Positions 24,273 through 33,359 of a DNA stretch of 36,958 bases are shown piece by piece (positions within the stretch are counted from its first letter, which is position 1; each line of letters starts with the position of its first letter). The notes beneath the pieces were generated by a model, which was not told where the DNA came from, searched no databases, and saw only the letters and a list, made by a program, of their open reading frames with translations. The position numbers were made by a program, and so were the translations under genes. The stretch spans positions 1 to 36,958 of the IMG/VR virus record IMGVR_UViG_3300032248_000447; one strand, given 5' to 3'. This stretch comes from a virus (Duplodnaviria; Caudoviricetes).

Positions 24273-24665
24273 ATGGCACTCAGAGAACATAGACACATCA
24301 TAATCCGAGCATATGTCAACAACCCACCACGAGATGCGGATCGATTGTCCGATTGGTGTAAAGAAGTGGTTGCAGATGTAGGAATGAAAGTAATTGCTGG
24401 ACCATTGGTCGTTTATGGAAATATGCCGGGAAATGCTGGCTATACTGCAGTGACCGTTCTGGACTTTTCACACCTTGCTATTCATTGCTGGGATGAGATA
24501 TCTCCTGGTCTCATCGAATTTGATCTATTTTCCTGTAAAGACTTCGATGTGAATATTGTACTTGACAAATTGGAGGAGTTTGATATAGTATCTCATTCAA
24601 TCATGATGGTGAACAGAGATGACTTTGACAACAGACAGATTCCAAAACTTAAATATGCAAGTTAA
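24273..24665 (+). CDS. speD: S-adenosylmethionine decarboxylase-like pyruvoyl proenzyme
   Basis: GYTAVTVLDFSHLAIHCW...DLFSCK.FD; GGAGG SD. Substrate uncertain. Confidence 0.8.
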   Translation: MALREHRHIIIRAYVNNPPRDADRLSDWCKEVVADVGMKVIAGPLVVYGNMPGNAGYTAVTVLDFSHLAIHCWDEISPGLIEFDLFSCKDFDVNIVLDKLEEFDIVSHSIMMVNRDDFDNRQIPKLKYAS

Positions 24666-24885
24666 TCGAGACGAAATAGTTTCCTTCTCATATAAGATTG
24701 AACAGATTGTATATGAGAAGGATGTCTCTTATATTGATGCTATCGTTATGTACTGCCAAGAGACTGGATTTGAATTCGAATTGGCTGCCAAGTTGATTTC
24801 TGAATCTCTCAAATCCAAAGTAAAAATGGAAGCAGAAGATTTACACTTTTTACCAAAGTCCAATACAGCAAAACTACCTCTATAA
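24655..24885 (+). CDS. 33: late transcription coactivator gp33
   Basis: FS..IE..V......YIDAI..YC......E...KLIS..LK.K...EA..L.FL; gp33-gp59-gp32 synteny. Confidence 0.85.
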   Translation: MQVNRDEIVSFSYKIEQIVYEKDVSYIDAIVMYCQETGFEFELAAKLISESLKSKVKMEAEDLHFLPKSNTAKLPL

Positions 24886-24915
24886 TGTTGATTTCAAATA
24901 AAAATAGGAAATTCA

Positions 24916-25509
24916 GTGAGGCTGTCAGCATTTGATACATATTGCCTTTACCTATCTATCAAAAGCCATTTTACAACAGATTCCTATGACTACTTTAAAT
25001 ATGGTGGAAAAGTAACAGCAAAAAAAGAAACATTTGAAATCAGAAAAGACAGATTTCAATTCCAGAGACTATCTAGAAAATACTCTGATGAACAGATGCT
25101 GGATTTTCTGATCGCAAATTTTGCTGAAGGTAAACATTGGGTAGGTGATCTTCTGGAAGATGATGCTAATGCCAAATACTTAGCATATATCAAGAGAAAG
25201 CAATCATTTACTTACATATTTACCAATGAAGTCAATAATTTATTTGAAGTAGATAAACCTCAAGATGTGTTCAAATCCAACAATTCATATCCACGTCTCA
25301 TAGAGTTTCTGTTGTCCCGTGATATAGGATATGATACTGCATCGGTCTTAAATTCTTTCTTTGATTTTGTTCCTAAGTTTGACAGGGATTTAGGAACAAA
25401 TGATATCATATGGAAAAATTTAAGACTCAGTATAATCAAATTGCTTCCCTTTATTCAGTATGATAGAGTTAAGGTCAAGGGTATAATCAAGACTGCAATA
25501 AATATCTAA
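24916..25509 (+). CDS. 59: helicase loader gp59
   Basis: AFDTY..YL.IK.HF....YDYFKY.GK, RKD...F..LS; synteny. Confidence 0.9.
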   Translation: MRLSAFDTYCLYLSIKSHFTTDSYDYFKYGGKVTAKKETFEIRKDRFQFQRLSRKYSDEQMLDFLIANFAEGKHWVGDLLEDDANAKYLAYIKRKQSFTYIFTNEVNNLFEVDKPQDVFKSNNSYPRLIEFLLSRDIGYDTASVLNSFFDFVPKFDRDLGTNDIIWKNLRLSIIKLLPFIQYDRVKVKGIIKTAINI

Positions 25510-25533
25510 TCAACAAAAAAAAAAGAGGGAATT

Positions 25534-26001
25534 ATGTTCAAACGCACGATTTGTGTGGTAGGATCATTTTTTTTATTTGCATCCGCTGCACAATCTCTAC
25601 CCATTTCTATGAGAACTAAGGTATCTTGTTTGCCAGATTATTATAGATTTTGTAATGATTGGCCACAAGAGGAATTGCGTAGATGTTTCCAAATGAATGT
25701 ATTACGTGTATCTAGTATCTGTATCACTGCTCTTGTAGATGAAGGACTAGTCACAAAGAATGAAGTAGAGAATATGAAGAAACAGACTTTGGCTTTACAG
25801 ACTGCTAAACCTGTTGTCAAATCTACTATGCCACCTCCAATCAATCCAAATCTAACACTAGAAGAGAACAAAAAGAAAACTGGTCCTGTTCTAGTGAAAA
25901 AAGAGATAAAAAAGAAAGAAGAGCCAAAAGCAAAACCTGTTCAAGTTGTTAAGAAATCTAATGACTTTGATAGGTGGAAAAAGCAAAATGGCTTCAACTA
26001 A
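25534..26001 (+). CDS. exported Cys-rich protein with Pro/Lys-rich tail
   Basis: Signal peptide; C..DY.RFC...RCF..N...VS..C..AL motif; AATAAATA upstream at 25497. Confidence 0.7.
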   Translation: MFKRTICVVGSFFLFASAAQSLPISMRTKVSCLPDYYRFCNDWPQEELRRCFQMNVLRVSSICITALVDEGLVTKNEVENMKKQTLALQTAKPVVKSTMPPPINPNLTLEENKKKTGPVLVKKEIKKKEEPKAKPVQVVKKSNDFDRWKKQNGFN

Positions 26002-26005
26002 ATAC

Positions 26006-26034
26006 TTGACAGGAGGAGAAACTCCTGTTAGTAT
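26006..26034 (+). promoter_or_regulatory. sigma70-type gp32 promoter with an inverted repeat in the spacer
   Basis: TTGACA-17-TAGTAT; ACAGGAG-gagaaa-CTCCTGT dyad at 26009-28. Confidence 0.65.
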
Positions 26035-26095
26035 ATAAGAATTATATGATGAATAATGTGGATAAGATAAACATACAAAACATACGGAGAATACA

Positions 26096-26992
26096 ATGAC
26101 AAACTTCGCAACACTAAAAAAGTCAACTGATCTTCTTGACCGTCTTGCGAAAGAACTGGACAAGATGAATTCCAATACAACAGAACGGACAGAAGATACT
26201 CGATTCTGGCAGCCAGAGGTAGATAAGTCTGGTAATGGCATGGCAGTAATTCGGTTTCTTCCACCACCTGCTGTAGATGGAGATGATGGTCTTCCATGGG
26301 TACGTCTTTTCAGCCATGGTTTCAAGGGACCATCAGGAAAGTGGTATATTGAAAACTCTCTTACTACTCTAAATCAGAAAGATCCTGTTTCTGAATATAA
26401 TACAAAACTTTGGAATGAGTCTGATGATGATAACTCTCCACAGAGGAAGCAAGTTCGGTCTCAAAAGAGGAAACTAGTATATATCTCAAATATCTATGTT
26501 ATTTCTGATCCAAAGCATCCAGAAAATGAGGGTAAAGTCTTTCTTTTCAAGTTTGGTAAGAAGATTTTTGATAAGATTTCTATGCTTATGGATCCAGAAT
26601 TTGAAGGAGATACACCAGTAAATCCATTCGACTTCTGGAAGGGTGCTAATTTCAAGATGAGGATTCGGAATGTAGAAGGTTATAGGAACTATGATCAATC
26701 TACATTTGATTCTCCAACACCACTTCTAAACGATGATACTAAACTTGAAGAAATCTGGAAGTCACAATATTCTCTCAAGGAACTTGTTGCTTCTGATAAA
26801 TTCAAGAGTTATGATGATCTAAAGAAGAGACTAAATGATGTCCTTGAGTTGGATTCAAAGCCAGTTTCAAAGCCATCAGCACCTGCACCTAAGAAAGAAG
26901 ATCCATTTGTATCTGCATCCAAACGTCAATCTGTCCAAGATGATGATGTGGATGATGAGGATCTAGCCGCTTTCAAAGCACTAGCAGAATAG
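26096..26992 (+). CDS. 32: single-stranded DNA-binding protein gp32
   Basis: D.RFW....DK.GNG.AVIRFLP, HGFKGP.GKWYIEN, FGKKIFDKI, PFD.W.GANF and NYD.S motifs; acidic tail. Confidence 0.96.
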   Translation: MTNFATLKKSTDLLDRLAKELDKMNSNTTERTEDTRFWQPEVDKSGNGMAVIRFLPPPAVDGDDGLPWVRLFSHGFKGPSGKWYIENSLTTLNQKDPVSEYNTKLWNESDDDNSPQRKQVRSQKRKLVYISNIYVISDPKHPENEGKVFLFKFGKKIFDKISMLMDPEFEGDTPVNPFDFWKGANFKMRIRNVEGYRNYDQSTFDSPTPLLNDDTKLEEIWKSQYSLKELVASDKFKSYDDLKKRLNDVLELDSKPVSKPSAPAPKKEDPFVSASKRQSVQDDDVDDEDLAAFKALAE

Positions 26993-26997
26993 ACAAG

Positions 26998-27027
26998 AAA
27001 GAGGGGATTAAGTTCCCCTCTTTTTTT
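26998..27027. terminator. bidirectional terminator between convergent genes
   Basis: AAAGAGGGGA-ttaagt-TCCCCTCTTT followed by further Ts, with an A-rich left flank. Confidence 0.85.
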
Positions 27028-29633
27028 TATACTATTGTAGTTGTTATTGATCCTTCACCAAAATGATCTACAGAATTTCCAAAAGATGTAGCATTTTTCA
27101 TAGCACGTTCAAAACTTGGTGATAAATTAGAAACTTCTCTCATATTATTTTTTGTTTGATTCATATACATATCCATTAAGTTTGGATTCTGTAGTATATT
27201 AGTTTGATTCGAAACTGTTTGTTGTTGTGGTGCACCTGAATATTGTTGATTATTAACTTGATCCGTATAGTTATCTTGTGCTATTTGTCTTTCTTTTACT
27301 GATTGTTCTAATAATGCAGGATCTGTTCTATTTACAGGTGTTATAGATACTTTCTCTTTATCATTTGCACGAAACAAAACATTACCATCTGGACCAACAG
27401 CAGTTACATTTTCTCCCTGATATCTTCCACCATACTTGAATTTCTTTTCAGTCTGTTTAGTTTCGGGTTGAGCCCGATCCTGTACTGGTGGTGGTACTGG
27501 TTGAGATTGAGCCTGTTCAGATGGTTTATTATTAGGTCCTGGTCCTCCCGGTGTAAGAGCAGATGATGGAACAGTTGTGCCCGTTTGTCCTTCAGGTACA
27601 TTTTGTGAAGGTTGTTGTGGAACCGCTCCAGCATATTCTGTAATTGATAGTGGTCTTCCTGCTGGCTGATTTGATGGTACATTTTGTGAAGGCTGTTGCT
27701 GAATTGTTGTTGGTTGTGCTGCTACAGGAGATGCTGTTTTTTTTGCTTTAATTTGTTCTTTTTCTTTTTGAATTTGTTCCATTATTGATTGTCTATATCT
27801 TTGAAGTTCTTCTGGACTCATAAATGATTTAACAGCATCTGGTCCTGCCCACAGATTAGGATTAACTCCTTTTTCAAATGAATATTTTCCTGAACCAGGA
27901 GATGCTCCTCTAATCAACTGATCAGGATCTACTATCTGATAGTGCATTCGATCTCCTCCTGCTGCCGTCCATGCTCCTCCCCAAATATAATCTGTACCCG
28001 GGAACATAGTTTGTCCTCTAATTTTCATAGATTGTGCAAGTTGTTCATATAATTTATGACCTTCTCCAAATCCTCTATCAGATAATGATTTGCCTTTAGA
28101 ATCAACAATTCTTAAGTCAACAGCAACTCCTCCAGGATGATTTTTAGTTCCTGTTGATCTAGCATCTACTCCAGAAAACATTCTAACATGATATCCTGGT
28201 GGTAAATCTTTGGATGCTTCTTTAAGAACTTCAATAAGTTTTGGATTTAATCCTTTTGTTCCACCACTATCTCTGAAAAATCTTTGTTCTCCTTGTTGAA
28301 ATTTTTCTTCAAGATTTAATTCTTTTAGTGATTTTATATCAGGTGCAGTATTTACTTTTCCAAAATTTTCATTTGGTTGATATGGAGTAGCGGTTTTATT
28401 TTGTTGTTGACTCTGTGATTCTATATCTGCATTGATTTCTTTTACTCCATAACCTTTTTTGATTGCATTATCTACTTGTTTTGCAACTATATCTTTTTTA
28501 TCTTGTGGAAGACTATTATAATGATCCATAAATCCTTGACTCATGCCAGGTGGAAGAGGAGGAACAGCACCAGGAATTTGTTGTGATTGTACTTGTCCGG
28601 GCCCTGGTCCATCTGGTGTCAATGAAGGCATCAAACCAGCGCCACCCGTAACATTTGGATTTTGTTCAGGTACCGCTGTGGCTTCTCGTTTTGCTTGTTC
28701 TTTTGCAGATTCTTCTTCTTGTCTTTTTATTTCAGGTGCAATTTTGGTATCAAACCATTTAGAATGTCGAATAGTTTTATTTGGTGTTCTTATTGATCCA
28801 AAGTACGCACCTAATCCACAAAAACCATCAGAACATCCAGGTCCTCGTCCTGTTCCTCCTATAGTTCCACTTTTTAATGCATATTTTTCCGCTTGACTAA
28901 TATAAGCAGATATAACTTTTTCCGGATTGTTAACATCATTCCATGTATTTAATCCATATTCTCCGATATTAAATTGTCCAGGACCATAAGATTTTTCTGT
29001 TGATAGAGTTGAATCAAATCTCTGTAATGAGCCATCAGAATTTACCTTTGCTTGTCTTAGTCCTGATTCCTGTTGTGTGAGCATAGTATAAAGTCTTGCC
29101 CATTCTTCTGGTGTACCTTTAACTATTCCAAATTTTGCACCATCTTTTGGAATAAATCCATCTAATTTAGATCCTCGTATTTGATTAACTGCTGATCTAT
29201 AAAATGAAGGAGGATCTATATTTCCATCTTTACTTATTTTTATAGGACCAGATGACGTAATTGCAGGAATTCCACTGTCTCCCCCTACTCTTTCAAGTTT
29301 TTTTTGCCATGATTCTTTTACTTCTGGTGATTTTTTAATATCAGGAGAAGTTGTTGGCGCAGGTGTAGCAGTTGCACCACCACCAGATGGAGTTTCAGTG
29401 CCAGTTGAAGTTTCACCAGAAGTTCCTGGAGTACCACCAGAAATTGCTTTTTGTATACTTGTTGGAAGATATTTTCTAAAATAATCTGGAAACAATTCGG
29501 CTAATTGTGTTGGTGTCAATGAAGCAAGATAACTTTGTCCAGTCTGTGATTTTGCCATATTGACAAGATCAGTAGATGATAATTTTAATAGTTTCTTCGA
29601 GTCAATAGTTAGTTCTTCTGGTCTCTTTGCCAT
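27027..29633 (-). CDS. large tail/baseplate-hub-associated protein with lysozyme-like and M15-type peptidase domains
   Basis: QQESG...GPGQF (lytic transglycosylase-like); R...NHPGGVAVD (H-x6-D), WGG.W and DRMH (LAS/M15 Zn peptidase); Pro/Gln linkers; follows gp26-gp51. Confidence 0.7.
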   Translation of the reverse strand: MAKRPEELTIDSKKLLKLSSTDLVNMAKSQTGQSYLASLTPTQLAELFPDYFRKYLPTSIQKAISGGTPGTSGETSTGTETPSGGGATATPAPTTSPDIKKSPEVKESWQKKLERVGGDSGIPAITSSGPIKISKDGNIDPPSFYRSAVNQIRGSKLDGFIPKDGAKFGIVKGTPEEWARLYTMLTQQESGLRQAKVNSDGSLQRFDSTLSTEKSYGPGQFNIGEYGLNTWNDVNNPEKVISAYISQAEKYALKSGTIGGTGRGPGCSDGFCGLGAYFGSIRTPNKTIRHSKWFDTKIAPEIKRQEEESAKEQAKREATAVPEQNPNVTGGAGLMPSLTPDGPGPGQVQSQQIPGAVPPLPPGMSQGFMDHYNSLPQDKKDIVAKQVDNAIKKGYGVKEINADIESQSQQQNKTATPYQPNENFGKVNTAPDIKSLKELNLEEKFQQGEQRFFRDSGGTKGLNPKLIEVLKEASKDLPPGYHVRMFSGVDARSTGTKNHPGGVAVDLRIVDSKGKSLSDRGFGEGHKLYEQLAQSMKIRGQTMFPGTDYIWGGAWTAAGGDRMHYQIVDPDQLIRGASPGSGKYSFEKGVNPNLWAGPDAVKSFMSPEELQRYRQSIMEQIQKEKEQIKAKKTASPVAAQPTTIQQQPSQNVPSNQPAGRPLSITEYAGAVPQQPSQNVPEGQTGTTVPSSALTPGGPGPNNKPSEQAQSQPVPPPVQDRAQPETKQTEKKFKYGGRYQGENVTAVGPDGNVLFRANDKEKVSITPVNRTDPALLEQSVKERQIAQDNYTDQVNNQQYSGAPQQQTVSNQTNILQNPNLMDMYMNQTKNNMREVSNLSPSFERAMKNATSFGNSVDHFGEGSITTTIV

Positions 29634-29831
29634 TTATCTTCTTCTTTTTAGTTGTGCTTCTCTGTCTCTCTGCATTTCTTCTTCTTGTTTAATATATTGT
29701 TTTAATAGATCAATATAGATAAACTTTTCCCAGGGTACCATATTTTCAATTTCAGATAAACTATACTTGTGATGCTGCATCAACGAAAAGTTTGTTTTGA
29801 AATAGTTCATTAGATTGTCATAACCAAGCAT
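29634..29831 (-). CDS. 51: baseplate hub assembly protein gp51
   Basis: NYFKTNFSLMQHHKYSLSEIENMVPWE..IY..LL. Confidence 0.9.
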   Translation of the reverse strand: MLGYDNLMNYFKTNFSLMQHHKYSLSEIENMVPWEKFIYIDLLKQYIKQEEEMQRDREAQLKRRR

Positions 29832-30553
29832 TAGATAAAAAAACTAGTAAATTCGTTATACCTCAACTTATGATCAAATCCACACTTAGTACATTTTGCT
29901 TCTGATGTGATAACGAATGAAGGAAAATTATCAACAAAATTTTCCAGTTTCTTATATTGTTCGTTTGTCAAGTTTTCAACAAATGATATCAGTTCTTCTT
30001 TAGTTAAATCTTTAGTTGTGTATATCTTGTCTTTATCTTGAATCATTTCTATAGAACTTGATATGATCCGAATTTTCTTATTCAAATCATTGTCATTATC
30101 CATTATAGTCTTCATTGCAGTATATGTTGGATATTTCATTTTGATCATCATTGTACCAGATATTTTTATATCTTTGCTGATATTGGGATTACTAACAACT
30201 TCACAATTAGCAATATCAATAGTAGCAGGAAAGATAGCAGCACACCTATTTCCATCAACTTCATTGTTACAAGTAAATTTGATTTCAATAGATTCACCAA
30301 CAGACTTAGCACGTAAAGCAATGAATAGATAATCTATATCAAAAAACGGTAAAGTTTCTATATTTATCCCTTCTGAGATTATACAGTTGTTAATAACTTG
30401 TTTAGTAACATTTATAATTTCAGAATCATCACCAGACTCAATAGCCATCAGAAGCAACTTTTCTTCTTTGACTAAGAAAGGTCTTATTGTAATCTCTTTT
30501 CCGTTAGATGGAAGTTTTACATTATAAACTGGCAAATCAATTTTTGGCAACAT
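29831..30553 (-). CDS. 26: baseplate hub subunit/chaperone gp26
   Basis: MLPKI..P.Y...LPS....RPFLVKEEKLLL, FDI.YLF..LRAKSVGE and a C-terminal CxxC. Confidence 0.92.
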   Translation of the reverse strand: MLPKIDLPVYNVKLPSNGKEITIRPFLVKEEKLLLMAIESGDDSEIINVTKQVINNCIISEGINIETLPFFDIDYLFIALRAKSVGESIEIKFTCNNEVDGNRCAAIFPATIDIANCEVVSNPNISKDIKISGTMMIKMKYPTYTAMKTIMDNDNDLNKKIRIISSSIEMIQDKDKIYTTKDLTKEELISFVENLTNEQYKKLENFVDNFPSFVITSEAKCTKCGFDHKLRYNEFTSFFI

Positions 30554-30563
30554 ACTAATTTCC

Positions 30564-31217
30564 TTATCTATTTACATTTCTGCCTTCAACTAGACTAAAT
30601 GAATATCCACCCGATGATGTTCTTGGTTCAGGGTCTAGTCCTTTTCTTATCCAATGTGTATATGTGAATGATACAACTAATCTTTGAATCTGATCATCTG
30701 ACCATGTTACTGGCTGTGGATTAATAAGAATAGGATAAGCATTTTTAATCGTTATCCAGTATTTTGCTACAGGAGTATCGTCTTCATAATCAGCAACTTC
30801 GGAATATTGATAAATGTCAATATCTGATCTATAATCATCTCTATAATTAAAGTCAAACGTATTTACTGGATTAATTATTAACATCCAATCATCAAAGAAT
30901 TCTCTCTCAAGAGATTCTGATCTACATAGAAAAGTTAAATTCAAATCCTCATATGTTGTTTGAAATGGTAACTTATGATTGGGTCCATAATATCTTACAT
31001 CAATATTCATAAATCCACGACCAGGCAATTCAGCAACCTCAGTTAAATATACCAAATCTCTCGTTAAATTATAATAAGGTCTGATATAATTTCCTACAGG
31101 TCGAATCAGAGAAATAAACCTACACGACTTTGCCAGACCACCAAAATCATCAGCAATTGCTCTAAAATCGTTCATAGTTAAATCTTTTGGTGCTGATGTA
31201 ATATCTATAGATGCCAT
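30564..31217 (-). CDS. 54: baseplate-tail tube initiator (gp54-like, gp19 fold)
   Basis: ELPGR, YYGP..K.P....Y, LTF, FF..W...I, AYP and L.VSFTY motifs; synteny. Confidence 0.7.
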   Translation of the reverse strand: MASIDITSAPKDLTMNDFRAIADDFGGLAKSCRFISLIRPVGNYIRPYYNLTRDLVYLTEVAELPGRGFMNIDVRYYGPNHKLPFQTTYEDLNLTFLCRSESLEREFFDDWMLIINPVNTFDFNYRDDYRSDIDIYQYSEVADYEDDTPVAKYWITIKNAYPILINPQPVTWSDDQIQRLVVSFTYTHWIRKGLDPEPRTSSGGYSFSLVEGRNVNR

Positions 31218-31218
31218 C

Positions 31219-31725
31219 TTATGTCCTGTAAATGAATGATTCTATTGGCAGATTGATTACTTTGTCCCATTCTGTTGCTACTATCTCAATGAATGGACTC
31301 CTAACATGAGTAAACAAATATCTCTTGATACACGGATTTGCTAACCCAGATAATCTCTTGGTGCTTGAAATCAAATCATAGGATATTTGAAGTCTGCTTT
31401 TCTCAGTCAGATTCTTAGCAGTAGCAAATTCTTTTAGACGAGTTAGAAATGCTTCACGAAATCCTAGAGACAAATAATGAGTATTTAATCCAAGAAATCC
31501 ATCTGAGTATGGTTCTATAGGAAATACAAGAGGATACTTATCCCACATAGGTAGTTTCTTTTTATGTTTGGGATCATATGAAAAGAAAAACATCTTACCG
31601 ATAGTAGGAGTATTTCTCATTCTATCAGTCTTATTGAGAATGTTGTCTCTATAGCCAGAAGCCGATCTTGCTCTGCCTATAAACCAATCCACTGCTTCTT
31701 TTTGTTTTTGTGTAGTTGTGGCCAT
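31219..31725 (-). CDS. 2: DNA end protector gp2
   Basis: GKMFFF.YDPK.K..LP.WD.YPL, GFLGLN.HYL and PCIKRYL..HV.S motifs. Confidence 0.92.
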   Translation of the reverse strand: MATTTQKQKEAVDWFIGRARSASGYRDNILNKTDRMRNTPTIGKMFFFSYDPKHKKKLPMWDKYPLVFPIEPYSDGFLGLNTHYLSLGFREAFLTRLKEFATAKNLTEKSRLQISYDLISSTKRLSGLANPCIKRYLFTHVRSPFIEIVATEWDKVINLPIESFIYRT

Positions 31726-31729
31726 ATTA

Positions 31730-32209
31730 TTATTTATACTTTATCCCTAATTCTTTCTCAGTAATCAATTGAAATTTCCATCCTCTATCAGCACAATATT
31801 CACTAGCAGATTTCCATTTTGCATCATTGACTGCCCATGTTGTTACTTCTGTGATATACTTCTTAGTTTTTTTCTTTTGAATCTCAGGTTCTTTGGTTTG
31901 ATACAGAGGTTTTACTTCAATCATAATAGTTTGGATTGAACCATCAGGTTTTCTCACTTTAGCAAGGAAATCTGGAAAGTATCGATGATATCTGTTGTCT
32001 AGTGGTGATCTATAAGGTATAGCAATTTCTTCGGATGACCATTCTATAACATTAGAGTTTTCATCTAAATATTTCATCACACGCAATTCATAACTGCTTC
32101 TAAAAATAATATTAGTTGAGTCGCCTTTGTATTTTTCTGGATATTTTGGATTAAATCTACCTTTCAAAGTGTTATGATATCCTGTTTTACCTTCTTTCAT
32201 TAGTTTCAT
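31730..32209 (-). CDS. 4: head completion nuclease gp4 (TnsA-like)
   Basis: KY.GD...I.FRSSYE, WSSEE..IPY.SP.D...HRYFPDF, IEVKP, N.AKW..A and F.LITE motifs. Confidence 0.93.
   Translation of the reverse strand: MKLMKEGKTGYHNTLKGRFNPKYPEKYKGDSTNIIFRSSYELRVMKYLDENSNVIEWSSEEIAIPYRSPLDNRYHRYFPDFLAKVRKPDGSIQTIMIEVKPLYQTKEPEIQKKKTKKYITEVTTWAVNDAKWKSASEYCADRGWKFQLITEKELGIKYK
31731..31738 (-). promoter_or_regulatory. T4 late promoter TATAAATA
   Basis: Exact consensus on the minus strand, overlapping the gp4 stop, just upstream of gp2. Confidence 0.6.
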
Positions 32210-32237
32210 CAATTGATATCCATCCCGTGAACCACAT

Positions 32238-32275
32238 TATTTATATTATATTTACCTTTGTATGTCATATAAATA
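32238..32275. promoter_or_regulatory. divergent pair of T4 late promoters
   Basis: TATAAATA on the minus strand at 32238-45 and on the plus strand at 32268-75, between gp4 and gp48. Confidence 0.8.
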
Positions 32276-32303
32276 TATATGATAGTATAGGACAAAGATA
32301 TTA

Positions 32304-33359
32304 ATGACTATTCGTTCAAGTATAGCAAATGTAACAAGTTCTGTTTTAAATTCCACAACTGGATTAGGTGTAGCATCAGATTATAAAACAGGATTACCAC
32401 AAGATTTAGCACAATCAGATTATAACTTTTCTTATCTAACTTTTCCTAATGATGTCGGAATGGATGACGTAGGACATTATATGGTCATCAATATCAATGT
32501 TCCTACTAAGACTGGTGGTACTAATCCAGCAGGACAATATACCAGTTATTTCAATTTAGTTGAACCTATACAGAGATCAAAAGTAGATACACTTAGATAT
32601 GGTGGTGGTGCTACATTTGTCGGTGCAGGATCTTTGATACCCATAGCAGCAGTTACTAATGGAAATGCATCTATTGTATCTATTCCAAGATTTACTAGAA
32701 GAATCAAACAATCAATTGCTATGTATATGCCAACACCACTTATCTTCAATACAAATAACGTATATGAAGAAGTATCATTGACTGCATTGGCAGGTAAAGT
32801 GACTATTGGTGCTGTATCCGCTGTTGCTGGTGCTGCATTAGGTGCCTGGGCAAGTTTATCTGGTGGATTAACACAAGCAGCTAAAGCAGTAACAAGTCCT
32901 TCGGGTCAAAATATATTATCATCTGCTGTAAGCGGTATAGCAAAACTAACCAGTAATCCAATTAATCCTGCTGTAGAAATACTATTTGCTAACACACCAG
33001 TAAGACAATTTGCATTTGAACTTCTTTTGGCACCCAGAAATCAAAAAGAATCAGAAAGTATACAATCTATAATTCAAACACTAAGATTCCATGGTGCACC
33101 AGAAATTAATACAGCAACAGCAGGACTTACATGGATACCACCTGCTGAATTTGATATTACATTTTTCAATAAAGGTGTTGAAAATATGAAACTTCTAAGA
33201 ATAAACACATGTGTATTAGAACGTATAGAAGTTGACTATGCACCAGCGGGAGGTACTTTTTCAACATTTAGGAATGGTCATCCTGTTGCAGTAAGACTTA
33301 GTTTAGGATTTAGAGAGTTAGAGCCTATTCATAAACAAAGGATACTTCAGGGATTTTAA
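32304..33359 (+). CDS. 48: baseplate tail-tube cap gp48
   Basis: IAMYMP, NP..E.LF.....RQF.F...L.PRN..E, PP.EF, CVL..I.VDY.P and L.F.E.E motifs. Confidence 0.88.
   Translation: MTIRSSIANVTSSVLNSTTGLGVASDYKTGLPQDLAQSDYNFSYLTFPNDVGMDDVGHYMVININVPTKTGGTNPAGQYTSYFNLVEPIQRSKVDTLRYGGGATFVGAGSLIPIAAVTNGNASIVSIPRFTRRIKQSIAMYMPTPLIFNTNNVYEEVSLTALAGKVTIGAVSAVAGAALGAWASLSGGLTQAAKAVTSPSGQNILSSAVSGIAKLTSNPINPAVEILFANTPVRQFAFELLLAPRNQKESESIQSIIQTLRFHGAPEINTATAGLTWIPPAEFDITFFNKGVENMKLLRINTCVLERIEVDYAPAGGTFSTFRNGHPVAVRLSLGFRELEPIHKQRILQGF

Noticed and set aside
28543-28896. Plus-strand Gly/Pro/Cys-rich ORF
   Set aside because: Antisense to the Pro/Gly-rich part of the 868-aa gene; a compositional artefact.
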